Assembly (NCBI GenBank): GCA_043228905.1
Contig: JBHGNT010000013.1
Location: 19,158,001-19,222,000 of the forward strand
From: Azolla caroliniana
Lineage: Eukaryota; Plantae; Polypodiophyta
Length of the DNA: 64,000 nt
Direction: 5' to 3'
A program made the position numbers and the translations under genes. Positions 33,666-46,980 of the stretch are shown piece by piece. How positions within the stretch are numbered: position 1 is the stretch's first letter; each line of letters opens with the position of its first letter. A model generated the notes under the pieces. The model was not told where the DNA came from, did not search any database, and worked only from the letters and a program-made list of their open reading frames with translations.

Positions 33666-36600
33666 TGTTACGACCCTGACCATATAATATCCCGTGGTGA
33701 GAATTTACCGTAGTATTCTATACACGTAGATAAGTGTAAGGGTTAAACAAGAGTGTAAAGAAGGGGAGGATTACTTTTAATCCTCGGTATTGAGACAACC
33801 CATTAGGCCAAGTGTGAACTTGCCTAGGGGCCTTGGGTATCGCTATAAATAAGAGGCCTAGCTACCCTCATTTCATCATCTTTTGACTACATCGAGACTC
33901 TGTTTCGCGGTGATTCAACTCTTGTAGCAAGCGTGCCTGGTGGTGTTTCGTGGTGATTCAACTCTTGTAGCGAGCGCGCCAGCACCAAGTATGGCTGGGA
34001 CGCTACGACAGTGGTATGGGACATCGATCGAGGCTCGAGTCCGTCTCGATCCCTTCGCTCACGGGTGGTCGGGTGGATCGGCATCCTTCTTTCTCTCTCT
34101 CCTTTCGATCTATCTATCTATCATTATTTTCTCCTTATCATACACTTACATTAGATCATATCTCTAATAGTTGGTTTCAAAGCTCATGTTCTAATGTTTC
34201 TTTTGTTGTCTTTTGTCTTCTTGATTGATGGTGATCGATCGATGTGCGGTCGACCTTGATCCAGACAACGATCAACAAAGGAACTTCGGTAATCTTTCTT
34301 GTTTTTTTTTCTATTTTTTCTTCTCCCTTCTAATCATGTATATGGTCATATGTAATTGTTTTTTCATTAATTCAATGATGTTGTAGTGGTAATTAATTGG
34401 TTATATAAAACATTTACATATGTGCACGAGGTCAATATCTCATTTGACATATATTTAATATGTGATTTGTGTCGTAAGCATACGAGGTTAATACCTCAAT
34501 TACGTATTACATTCACAAACATATGTTACGTTTGCGTATGAGGTCATTACCTTGATTTGTATGTAAATGATATGTGTTTGGTGTCGTATGTGTATGAGGT
34601 CAATACCTCAATTGCGTATTACGATTACCCCTTATTTTTAGATGTTTCATGTGCGTAGAGGGTATATGCCTCGATTACGTATCTCGATTACATCATTTTT
34701 GGCTATTTTATATTACGATTTCTTTTATATATGCATATGTGGTCACGTGTATACGTATTTGATCGTATATATGTGATAATATACATATGTGTATGTAAGT
34801 TATTACGTGATTTCAATATCGAATGTTTTCCTTTTCGGGGAAAGGATCTTGGTGGCTGTCCTCACATTTTTGTGAGAATGGCGTTGTCACCATCCCTTTT
34901 TCAACAAATTTTTATTGTTGACATCCCCGTTGGTGACTTCGATTTCGTTACATAATGAAACAATCTTAGCCACAATGGTGTTGAGAACGTAGGGCTTGAC
35001 CCACTTGATGTGAGGTCACTCTTATGACACACCTATCCAACATCCCTCCCTCATTACATGGATACGATGCCACCATGAGATCATTCTTACAAAAGGCATT
35101 CGTAATGACGTAACCATGTGATGGGCCACATGGGCCTACTACGATAAGAGGGCTCATTTGGCTTGACCATTAGGTTGCACTTTGGCGTATGCCATCGTAA
35201 TTACGAGACTTGAGGTTAGGTAACGTACCAACAAAGTTTGTGGTAAACGAGGGGGAAATAAGGACTCTTGACATATATATTTCTTTTAAAAAAACATATA
35301 TGGGCAAATGCCTCGCATATCTCTTATAGGCATTAAATATTAAACATTCAAGACGAGCAACCTACTTGGTTGGCTCAAGTGTTTAATGCATTTGTTCTCG
35401 ACGTCTCGAGTTCAAATATGACCAAGACCATACAACATCGTTGGTACATATGACTATAACACATGTTTAGACTTGAGGTCTAAGTGCACTTCGAGTTCTT
35501 CATATTAGGACTTAAAGAGCCGAAACCACATATGTGGGCACCGAAACATAGTTTATTGTTAACATTTTTTTCGGGTATAAACTATTCATGACGCGAACAT
35601 ACATGGTTGAGCCTCGGGGAGCCGCCATGAAAAAATCGATATGGAGATCAGGGAAAGACATTAATTTTTGTCACCCCATGGTTTTTAAAAACACCTTTGT
35701 GTTACCATAGTAACCTGATCTTCAACCTCATCTCATACGTCTAGAGGGGTATTGACGTGAGATCATGATATCGATTAATGTTTGCCCATGATATGTTTAC
35801 ATCACGACATGATGTTATGACTATTTGTCTGACCTTATCCTATTTCTTTTCCAAAAATAATCATTTAATGGCTCAAAATAACGACCCAATGTCATCCGCT
35901 CAAGTGGAAGGAACTCAAGGGAATCCTCCTGGACAAATGTCCATTGAGATGTATTTTTCGCAAATAACCCAATACCTTAGTTCCACCACTCAACAGATGA
36001 CCGAACTTCGGCAATCTCAAAGTGCTCTCGAGGCACGTGAGACTAATGAACCTGATGAGCGATAGGGTGAACCATCGTTTGTCATTAAGCCATTTACGGG
36101 AGAAAAAAAAGGAAAGAACCGAAGAAGCAATCTGCACGTGACTAGGCCGATGGGAGTTTCATTTTGAGCTCTATCACACGCCAGATAGTACGAAGATTGC
36201 ATATGTCGGCCGAGAACTAGGGGGTAAGGCCGCCGCCTGGTGGCGTGGGCTCCGTACTTCGGGGAAATTGCTCGATACCTGGACAAATTTTGCCACAGTT
36301 TTCAAGGGCCAATTTCTACAACCTCCCTCTCGAACCAAGGCAGCACAAGCTTTAATGAACCTCTCTAGCAGGAAGTTTTCCTCGCTAGAAGACTATGTTC
36401 ACCATGCTAGAACCCAAATCCAAAAATCGGCTCTAAAAGGGGACAACTGGTTAATAACTTGTTTTGTCAATTGCATCCCCAATTCGGACTATCACTGGAT
36501 ATTGCACGATAAGGATCCAAAATCATTCGAAGAGGCCGTTGAAATAGTTATTTGCTATCAACGCACTTCAAAGAAGGACCACAACGAAGCACCCGGAACT

Positions 36601-37849
36601 AAGCAATCGCAATTCGTTGGGAAACGCAAGACACCCAACAAATTCATGGATCACGATTGTAAGCGACAACATCCTTTTTACGTATTCTTCAAAAAGAAGG
36701 GTCATACAAAATAGCAATGTCGAAAGCTCCAACGGAAAGAGCACGACAGCAAAGCTAAAGTTGTAGACCATAAATGTCAAATTCCTAATGTCCTTCAGGT
36801 CTATACACATCATTTAAGTCATTGTCAATGTTCTTTCCCTCACTATATATTGGGTCCCAATGATTTACTATGTGCAAACGAGTATATCAATGGATCTCCC
36901 ATACAATTTTTGTTTGATTCGGGAAGCTCGCACAACTTTGTGAATGATCGTTTGGTTTAGATATAGGGAATCCAACCCACCATAAGTGATCACACCTATA
37001 GGGTGCACTTGGCTGATGGAAGAGTACAATACATGAACGGGGCGATTCATTCATTAGGAATTTCTATTGATACTTATATAGAGGAAGTAGACTTCCATGT
37101 AATGAATCTTTGTACCACTGATGTAATATTGGGTTATCCCTCGTTCTATAATAAAAACTCTTTTTTATCTATTGATTGGCTTCATCATTCAATAACTTTT
37201 GTACTGAACGATTGTACTCATTTTATTCAATGTGTAAAAAAACAATCCCTCTCAATTGTTTCCTCTCCATCAATATCCGAGTTTTCTTGTTCTACTCTAT
37301 TTTATTGTGTACTTGATCCGGGAACAACAATAACTTAATGAAATCTTAAATGATTTTCGTGATGTTTTTCCGAGCAACTATTAGAGATATGATCTAATGT
37401 AACCGTATGATAAGGAGAAAAGAATGATAGATAGATAGATAGATAGATAGAAAGGAGAGAAAGAAAGAAAGAAGGGTGTCGATCCACCCGACCACCCCCG
37501 AGCGAAGGGATCGAGACGGACTCGAGCCTCGATCGACGTCCCATACCACCATCGTGGCGTCGAGTCGTACCTGGTGCTGGTGCGCTTGCTACAAGAGTTG
37601 AACCACCATGAAACAAAGTCTTGACGTAGTCACAAGATGATGAAATGAGGGTAGTTAGGCCTCTTATTTATAGCGATACCCAAGGCCCCCAGGCAAGTTC
37701 ACACTTGGCCTAATGGGTTGTCTCAATCCCGAGGATTAAAAGTAATCCTCCCCTTCTTTACACTCTCGTTTAACCCTCACACTTATCCACGTGTATAGAA
37801 TACTAGAGTAATTCTCACCATGGGATATTATATGGTCATGCCCGTAACA
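33666..37849 (+). mobile_element. Truncated Ty3/Gypsy: 5' LTR 33666-34169, degenerate Met PBS 34172-34183, long 5' region, gag-PR pseudogene 35868-37380, inverted LTR copy 37375-37849
   Basis: PBS-like TGGTTTCAAAGC; gag-like DTWTNFATVFKGQFL; protease FLFDSGSSHNFV (~36910); RT start EILNDFRDVF; the ~470-bp reverse complement of the LTR sits at the right end. Confidence 0.85.
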
Positions 37850-40800
37850 TTGCCAACCACACTTTCGAAGGTTGCCAAAGGATATTAGAGATGAATTCCT
37901 CGATCCTTCCTTTCTCCATTGTTTTAGCTTAAATGGATATAGATTTAGAAAGAAAAAAGTCCAAAATTTTCATTTGATGTGTTTTCAAACACATTTAAGG
38001 AAGAGAGAAGTGATGGTTCAGTTGTATTGATCAATTAAAGATGTAATCTATATTTGTATTTATGTACATATGCAACGTAATAGTATATCTATGTATGTCT
38101 GTAATGCAATATATATGTATATCATATATGTATGCATAGAACGAACCCTAGTTCAAGCATGATTAGCTAATTAGTGAATGATAAAAAGCCTCCAAGTATG
38201 ATTGCAAGCATTTAATTTTAACTCATAAAAATCATTAAGAAACACTTATAAAAAAACCAAAAATAAAATAAACAATTGCTTGTTAAAAAATCACATACAT
38301 AACTAGTGATAAATGATGATCAATGATATCCATCGATGAATTTATGTATATGCATATACTTAGTGGATTGAATTATTAATTGAGCAATCAATGGATAATG
38401 ATTGATTAGCAATGGAACATTGGATTCATTAGTAATTTAATAAAGTGGCTAGGTACTACATCAGGTGATCATGGACGGATGTGGAGTGATTAGTGATGGA
38501 AGTGGAGTGATCAGCTAGCAACATCCAACATGGGATGGTGTAATTAATTAGAGGGTCCATGAAGGGATTAGCATGTAGATTCATCGTCAGATTGAGTAGT
38601 TAATTAGCTATTCCATGAAGCGATTAGCAAGCAATTCAACGAAAAAATGGAATGTTGGAGGGGATTTGTGATCAATCATGAGTTTGGGTACATAATTTGC
38701 CACTGATTGGAATTAAGATTAAGATGATAATGTGTTTTGGACCACTATCTCTAAAACCTCATAAGAGACTTTACAATACTTCCTTACAATCCCTCATTGG
38801 TAGTCATAATATTGTAATGGATTTTGGTATCGGGAAAGTGTTTGATCAACTTGAGCTTGACAGTTTCACAATCCACTCAAATGAAATGGTTGTACGTATC
38901 AATGATATTCAGAATACATCCAAAGTCACCATGTTTGCCTAAGTATATCCCGTTTGTTCTTCTTCTTATAAAAACTCAAATTTTAAAGTGAGGATGTTGG
39001 AAAATGAAACTACTGAGGAAGACTACATAGCTAGGAGACTATTATAGACAATTGCATCGATGTCTCAGTAGATGATTTAGATTAAGATGTTGAAATTACA
39101 ATTTAAATTGTGTTCGTGGCATAATTAATGTTGCAACCCTTGCATGATTTAATGGAGATAATAGCCAATTAGCATTCTGTTTTGTTTTGACGCCAATTGG
39201 ACTGAAATAAGAGCACGTGTATGATAACCATATCTATCGATGTTTAAGTATCTGGAATTCTAAGTAATGTGGATTTTTATGAAACTATACTTTTGTACCT
39301 TAGTTATGTCAATGGTTTTGACCATACTTTTATGTATAATATTATTAGCATGGAAATTTCTAACACTACGTTTCATTATAGTAGCATCTAAAACTCTTAA
39401 CATTCCTAAAGCCACTTTCCAGGAATACAAAAGTATTGGAATTACCAAAATTAGAGTGTGTCTTTATCAACACTTCTGTTATATCACAATGTAACTATTC
39501 CATGATGTGGGTTGATATTGCATTTCAACAAAAACAAAATCTAAAAACCATTAAATGTGTTTATGAATACCACAAACCTCGACAAAGCAGTAAATCAAAA
39601 CCCACTAAAACATCGCTAAGGTTGGAACTACATTCGTGTTTCCTTCTTATTACAGGCAATCGCTGCAATGTTTATCAAAACTAATTACATATCGGTGTTT
39701 TACACAATCCACCTAGTGGTTTTACAAAATCATTAGAATTTCTACAAAAGTCTGCAAAATGATCTGGAACTTCAACCTACTTATTGCCCATTGCATTGTC
39801 GGGCTTCAATATATAGTTCTTTCATGTATGCCAATGCTATACTCTAATTAGTTGACCATACTAATCACATTCAACTTGGTCCCAATCACTGGGACAAACT
39901 TCACACCACAAATTTCTCCCTACAATACACAAAGCTAACACCTTACCATGCCACACAAGAGATTCATCACCGGAGAAGGCTCACAAACTCTGGTAATATG
40001 GGTTGAGCAAGGCATTCCTAACATGTCTTCATCGCATTGATCTTCAGCATCGAGCTTGAGCATAGTGTATATAATGGTATCGCTAAGATAATACATGTAC
40101 CACCATTTGGTTGATAGGTTCGGATTAAGATATTTGCCAAAAACGAAGAAAGATAGGGATGTTACTTGGACTGTTAGTGACTAACATGCAATATTTCAGT
40201 TCTCAAAATGATCCATAATGTCTCAGTCTCAAATGACGGTGTCCCTAGAACTTATCTATGGTCGGATATTTAAGATGTAGCATGATTTTACGAGTGACGA
40301 AGATTGTCGCCAGAAAACAAAGCAAAACAAATAAGAAACGCATCAGCGTGTCATGTGAGCAGTCATGTATGGTGATCATGAAATGAAGATTTTGATTGAT
40401 AATTGCCAAGTTACAAATAGCTTGTCGAGATAATTAATAAGTGGGAAAGTATTAAGTAATAGAAAACTACATAATGTTGAAACATTAACAAGGATGTGAA
40501 TTTGATAAGAATGAATAGTTGGTTGGAGAGGGGGGGAGTACAAACATGGAAGAAGATTGATCGATCCTAAACAAATTTAATGGGAATTAATTCAGGTGAA
40601 TGCGTGCCAGAATGTAGACGTTACCAACGCTAGAAAATTTCATGTGGTGGTGGTATCGGAACATCTGCCGAAAGACAACAAGATCGAGTAGGCGGTTCAG
40701 CTAATTAGCAGTGAGCTAGTGTTTACTTAGTTAAAACTATGGGTAATCAGTTCCCAATGGGGCAAACTAGTGATTAGCATACATATCTATCTATCTATCT

Positions 40801-40855
40801 ATCTATCTATATAGATATATAGATAGAGATAGATCTTACTTATACCCCAAAACCG

Positions 40856-42991
40856 CTACAGTACCTTACCTGTTTCTTTCCATTCAAAAGCCAGGCTTGT
40901 GCTCCAGTTACGTTTGCGTTGGTTTATAAACCAGTTGTTGAGCTGCTTCATGTCAAGACCTGTCTCTCCCATGAGCCTTACCTTCTCTTCCTCCTGCAAT
41001 TTGTTTCCATACATATAAAGTGTTAACAACTGCATTACCAGCATAAGACGAAGAAGAAGAAGAAGAAAGGAGAATGAAGAAGCAAAAGGAGGGAGCTGGA
41101 GCTGGAGCTGGCACAGACATCATATAAACACCCAAACTATAGTTCTCAGTATGTACTTCATTCATCGTATTACTAACTAATTGCAACAAATCATATATTT
41201 ATGATAAGCATTTTCACCGGTAGCTCGGAGCCGAAGCTCTGATATTCTAGATGTGTCGGAACCCGGCCTAATTCCGTGGTGGCAATCTTGGGTGTAAGGC
41301 ATAAAGGCCATTGTGGGATTCAATTACTCAACACAATGTTTACCACATCTTCCTTCCGTAACGCTAAGGCTTAGATCGTAGATTCAGAATCCCTAACGTT
41401 CGACGCACCTCTACTCTACAGTCACACACAATATTATCGTACCTCCAAATGTTGAGCACATGTAGGCAAACACATGCGATTCATGGGCCATACATTGTAA
41501 ATATCTCAGTTAATATATAGATAGATGGAATGGCATTACTGTGGATTGTGTAGCAGCTAGTGGACACATATATGTGCATATGTAACATCTGAAGGAATCG
41601 AACGTATGTATGTATGTATGTTTATCGGCGGTCCGAGGGGCAAGTGTAGTAGACTGCAATGTCCCTAGAGAGTACCGTGGGGTAGGGCCACTTGGAGTGG
41701 GCATCCCACCAGTGCTTGAGCAGGGAGGTGGTGATGGCAGGCAGCTTACCAGCCCTCCGTTTTCGCAGGATCTCTTCTCTCACGTCCGCCAGCTTCCGAC
41801 GATACTCCTGCCCAAAACCCCCCCAAATTAGAATCCCAATCTCAATCATCCTGCATTTGAATTTATTGAATATATAGCATTCTAATGAAAATGCTTGACA
41901 TAGCTCAATCTATATGCATATACATATACCTGCTTCAATATATAGCACTCTAATGAAAATGCTTGACACACAGCTCAATCTATATGCATATAAATATACC
42001 TGCTCCAATATAGAGCATTGTAATGAAAATGCTTGACATAGCTTGAAATCTATATGCATATACATATACCTGCTTCAATATATAGCACTCTAATGAAAAT
42101 GCTTGACACACAGCTCAATCTATATGCATATAAATATACCTGCTCCAATATAGAGCATTGTAATGAAAATGCTTGACATAGCTTGAAATCTATATGCATA
42201 GAGATATATAAATATATATACCTGCTTCAGCTCCACCTTCAGCTCCTTCCTCACATTCTCCATCAGAGTGCGGTCGATGTCTGCATTCAGGATGTAATTG
42301 GCGGTATTGCCCCCATCTCCGCCCATGCTGTAGGCACTGCTGAGATGCATGTCTAGCGAGGAGGCGGTGGCGGTGGCAGCGGAGGCCCCAGCCCCTGAGG
42401 TCGTGGGATGGCTATTACTTACCAACACATTCAGCATCTCATCTTCGACGCTCATCATGCACTCATTGCCTGCCTGCGGCTTCAGATAATCTTCTTCTTC
42501 CATCATCTCATCGTCAGACATACCCGGGTTCGAATACTCCTGGTCCCCGCATGAATTTATATACTCCTTCCCTGCATACGAGATGAGATTAGCATGGATG
42601 ATCTCATGCATTTACTCTTAGATATATACATGGCGAGAACAGATTTTTTGCGTTAATCTCTTGATGGAAACCACGAGTTTGCAGGTGGAAGGTACCTGTC
42701 AAGCGCAAGAAAGCCTCCCTTATCTCCGCCACGGCAGTCATGGCCTCGGCACAGTGGACGTGAACATGCTCACGGAGCTGCTCCCGGAACGTTTGCAGCA
42801 ACAGGATGAAGCTGATCTGCGAAAAAACAGAGGTGGGAAAATGCAAACGCATTATGCATGTCGGTGAAGAATTGAGATATTTCCGAAACCCTACCTAATG
42901 CAGGTAGGTAGGTATATGTATATACGCAAATATGGGTACCATGAAGTGGTCCAGGTGGTCTTTCATGTTGGCGGTGGTGGGCGGCAGCGGC

Positions 42992-43033
<42 letters not shown>

Positions 43034-43638
43034 GAAGGGGCGAGGTCGAGGAGGTGATGATGGGCGGCGTATTTGGAGTGGAGGATGTGACGATTGAGGC
43101 GGAGCTGGGCCTCCAGCTGAGAGTGAGAGTGAGAGGCGGAGGAGGCGGAGGGCCAGCGATCAGCAGGCGTGCCGGCCTGCGCGCAGGCCAAATGCGCATC
43201 CAGTAGCTGAGGGAAGAGAGGGTGCGCCACGATCTGAGCCTTCATCACCTCGCTCTGGTCGCAGCCCAGCACCCTCATCAGCGACTCCATCGCCATCGCC
43301 GCCCCAGCCCCAGTCCCAGCCACCCCGCCGCCACTGCTGGTAATGTAGCTCATCGGATCCGCCGCCGCATTCATCCCGGCAGCAGTCTGCAATCCATAGA
43401 GGTGTTGGTGGTGCTCCCCCTCCTCCTCCTCATTCTCATCTCTGCTCCGTTTGTAGCTGGAGTGGTGGTGGTGATAGCTGCCGCCCATTATGCTGCCGCC
43501 ATCGCCGCCATCGCCGTAGCAGAGCGGCAATGCCATGGGGAGCTGCTGCTGCTGCTGCTGCTCGTCGTCGGCTGCATCTCCGCCATATAAGAGGAGGTCA
43601 TGATGGGGATGGTGATCAGCGACATGCTGCTGTTCCAT
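40856..43638 (-). CDS. Class II KNOX (TALE) homeodomain transcription factor; exons 43638-42940, 42816-42696, 42571-42222, 41807-41676, 40993-(40870 donor or 40856 stop)
   Basis: KNOX1 ([20 protein letters not shown]), KNOX2 ([14 protein letters not shown]), ELK ([11 protein letters not shown]) and homeodomain ([36 protein letters not shown]) are present. All introns are GT-AG with consistent phases. A strong AG|GTAAG at 40870 suggests a further small 3' exon that was not located. Confidence 0.93.
41868..42230. repeat. ~5 x 70-bp tandem array (140-bp dimer structure) filling KNOX intron 3
   Basis: TATACCTGCT recurs with a 70-bp period (41930, 42000, 42070, 42140). 41921-42060 is near-identical to 42061-42200. 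Confidence 0.95.
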
Positions 43639-43674
43639 TGGAGGTTAGCGGAAGCGAGCGCTTCTTCCCTCACT

Positions 43675-43765
43675 AAATATATATATATATAATCTATATA
43701 TTCTATATTAGTAGTTAGTAGGAGCAGCTCTGATCCCTATCTCTCTCTCTCTCTCTCTCTCTCTT

Positions 43766-43796
<31 letters not shown>

Positions 43797-44274
43797 CTAG
43801 TAGTTGTCTGTCCTAATAATAGGTAGCAGAGCTGAGAGAGTGCAGGTGGTGGGGGTGGGGGTGGAAGATTGTGTGTGTAGTAGTAGTAGTTAGTAGTAGT
43901 AGTAGTAGTAGTAGTTACTAGTTAGTAGTAATAGAGTGTAGTTAGTAGTAGTCGTAGAGATGGTGGTAGTATTTATAGGGAGGAGTGTTGGGAGTTGGTT
44001 GTATGTATGTATGTATGTATGTATTTATGTTGTACCCATTTGTTCCTGATGTGGACCTGCCTGCATGCATCTCGTACTCCTCCTCCTCCTCTCTGTGTCT
44101 CTCTCATGAGAGAGAGAGAAAGAGAGAGAATGTGTGTGTGTGTGTGTGTGTGTGTCAGTGAGAGATGACCATGACGTGGCAGAGTGTTCTCTTAGTCAAG
44201 AAGTTTGACGTCTTCTTCTAGGAAGCAGAGATTTGGTTCTCTGTTTCTTTGTATGTGGTGGGCCCTGGGGGCTA

Positions 44275-44330
<56 letters not shown>
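43675..44330 (-). promoter_or_regulatory. KNOX 5' UTR/promoter: putative TATA box (CCCTATAAAT, 43971-43980), ACGT box (TGACGTGGC, 44172-44180) and dense (CT)n, (GT)n, (TAG)n, (GTAT)n microsatellites
   Basis: Motifs were read directly upstream of the ATG at 43638. Function is inferred from position only. Confidence 0.5.
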
Positions 44331-44331
<1 letters not shown>

Positions 44332-46980
44332 TTTGTAATGAATGAATGAATGGGAGGGATATTATTCTGTTGTGGGGGGGGGGGGGTGGGGGGGGGAGGG
44401 GTTGGTTGCTACAATTATCCACCCACCTCTACTACCACTACATTGCCTCACTCCTATTATATTTATAATGTATGTATGCATAGTAGACACACAGACAGAC
44501 AGACAGACAGAGGGAGAGGGAGAGGGAGAGCGTGCGGGCCCTCCGTCCTTTCCTGCCAATGTCTAATCCCCAAAACACACAAATACCCCCCCCCCCCCCC
44601 ACAACATTACAATTTAAGACATAGAAACGAGCTAAAAATAAGAAATGAAATCACGTGCCTCTCTCTCTCTCCTGAATCTCTCTATATCTATCTATATCAT
44701 ATCCTATGTAGGCACGATTTGGCATTCAACTCCTCTCTCTCTCTCTACTGCTCCTTTCCTCAGGTCATCCGCCCTGCCGGCCGGACCCACCACATATATG
44801 TATACATATATAATACAGACATCCTCCACTTGTTCCCATACGGGGGGAGGGGGCGGTTGACTCTTTATCATACATATTGCCAGTGCCACCTAAATTTGAT
44901 CCTATGCCACCATGCCATACCACGGCCATACAAGCAACTCCTCTACATCCTACCCCAATGGTTCTCTCCCCAATGTCCCCAGGCTCACTCTCGAGCTTCT
45001 TCCTATAAATCAACCTAAATATACTATGTTCATACCCTAGAGCAATGTCACTCATTTCGATATCAAAATCTCTCTTATTGCATTAGCCAACTTGTACTCA
45101 CATTGGGCATATAAGGGTTACAAGCTAGCCGGCAATATGTGCACAAGATGCCCATCTCTTTTGCATTGCATAATGCAAACTACTAGTTTTTTAATGAATT
45201 AATCCCAAAGAAATACTACATATTTAAAAAAATCCTTATCATATCTTAATTTCATCATAAAGGTGATTGTATTCGTTCTAATGTCTCACGACGTTACATA
45301 GATAATGCACCTTCCACAAGTAAATGCCAGCATGCGCAACCTTAAGGACATTATAAATGGATCAACTAACTCATTTCATATATGAGATGATATTTTCTAC
45401 ACAAAATCCATATATTCAGAACCTGCAAACAATGTGCAATGTCCATATTTCAAAACCTACAACTCATCTTTGTCTTGTAGACCCATTGGTCTTGCTACTT
45501 ATAGCACCATGAATAGGATTCATACATACAAGCAATATGAATAAATTCCCATTACAAAATCAAAGAAATATATATTATGAAGACCATTGATGCATGATTA
45601 CAATAATAGGTACAATGAACTAATTTGTAACGTTATACACTCCTTGGATATGCATACAACATATTGGCTTAAGGTGACCAAATGTAGTTCTTTAAACTTA
45701 TATAGCTCCTTCCATAGAAGAGGTTGCCTATCAACCAGAATCAACTAATGCATTAACTTCTAAATTATTGTCTTCATTCACCACAGTTGAAGTGGCCCTT
45801 GCTCCTTCTTACTCAATTGTTATATATTGATCAATCAACATAACATGTATACTACTATTATCTAGATCATTTGTAAACTTTGCTAAACTACGTGAGTTGG
45901 TTTTTGTATTGAACAAATATTGTGACTCAACTACTATAATTTGATGTTTGGTTGCTCTATTTGTCTTTCCACTTCATGTTCTCTACTTCCTGTTTTCATG
46001 AGCTTCAGTTCGATCTCCGTCTACATGGAAGATGACTTACATTTATCCATTCTAAATCCGTCATTCTAAATCCGTCATGCATTAAGTGTGCATATTTGGT
46101 GTGAGGGACATTCATTTCCTAGTCCCTTTAATATACATCTCTCATAATAAGACATGAGTGTGTAAAATGCTTGAATATCTCATCTTGAATTCAAAAACTC
46201 ACCATCAACGTTTTCTTCTGTGGTATAAGGCAGGACCAAATACCATCGTAGAGTATTAAAACATATGTTAAATCTATGTTTTGCGAGCAACTAATTGATT
46301 TTCCCTATTTGGATCTCGGTTTTATTCCATACCTTCCATTGCTTCGAAGAAATCTTAAATCATTCATTATGCCCCCACCCCCCCCCCCCACGTGTGTTGA
46401 ATCAAAGTCAATGTTTAAAATGACATGGCGCCTCTTTTCTACAATCTACATTCTTGTGTTTCCAAGATCTATGATTCTCATCAACTCCAAAGCAAAAAGC
46501 TCATAGGAATCTAGAATAGTTTGTCATCATACATACTCTTTGAACAAACCAATAGTTGTGACCTCGATCTACCATTCTGTCTATATTCACTAGTTGGTGC
46601 TATTTTCTCTCCATGATTGAGCACTCACATCCTTCTCTGAATCGTCACAAAATTTGCTAGAATCTCCTCCAAGTTCTTGCCGCCAAACAAGTGTACCTTA
46701 TCCTAATGCTTTGGTGCCATGTAAACTGTTCGATGAACTAAAAAGTTTACAAACAAACGACGACATTGAGATACAATGGAAGGAACAGAGCATGTACGTT
46801 GAGTAGAGCGTTGAAATGTGATTGCAACATAGTTATATGATGGACCTTTAACATGTAGGTAATATGCTTATAAGCAAACATATCCACATAGAACTCACTT
46901 CAACCACCAACCAACAATTGTTCTCTAAAGTATTTGGGTTGCTTTAATACAAGGGGTTGTGCATTATTGCCCAGTGAAGT

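Noticed and set aside
41215-41430. GC-richer block in KNOX intron 4, possible SINE or MITE
   Set aside because: No convincing TSD, terminal repeats or A/B boxes could be identified by eye.
44342-45055. 222-aa ORF and neighbours upstream of KNOX
   Set aside because: They are low-complexity translations of microsatellites and G/C runs.
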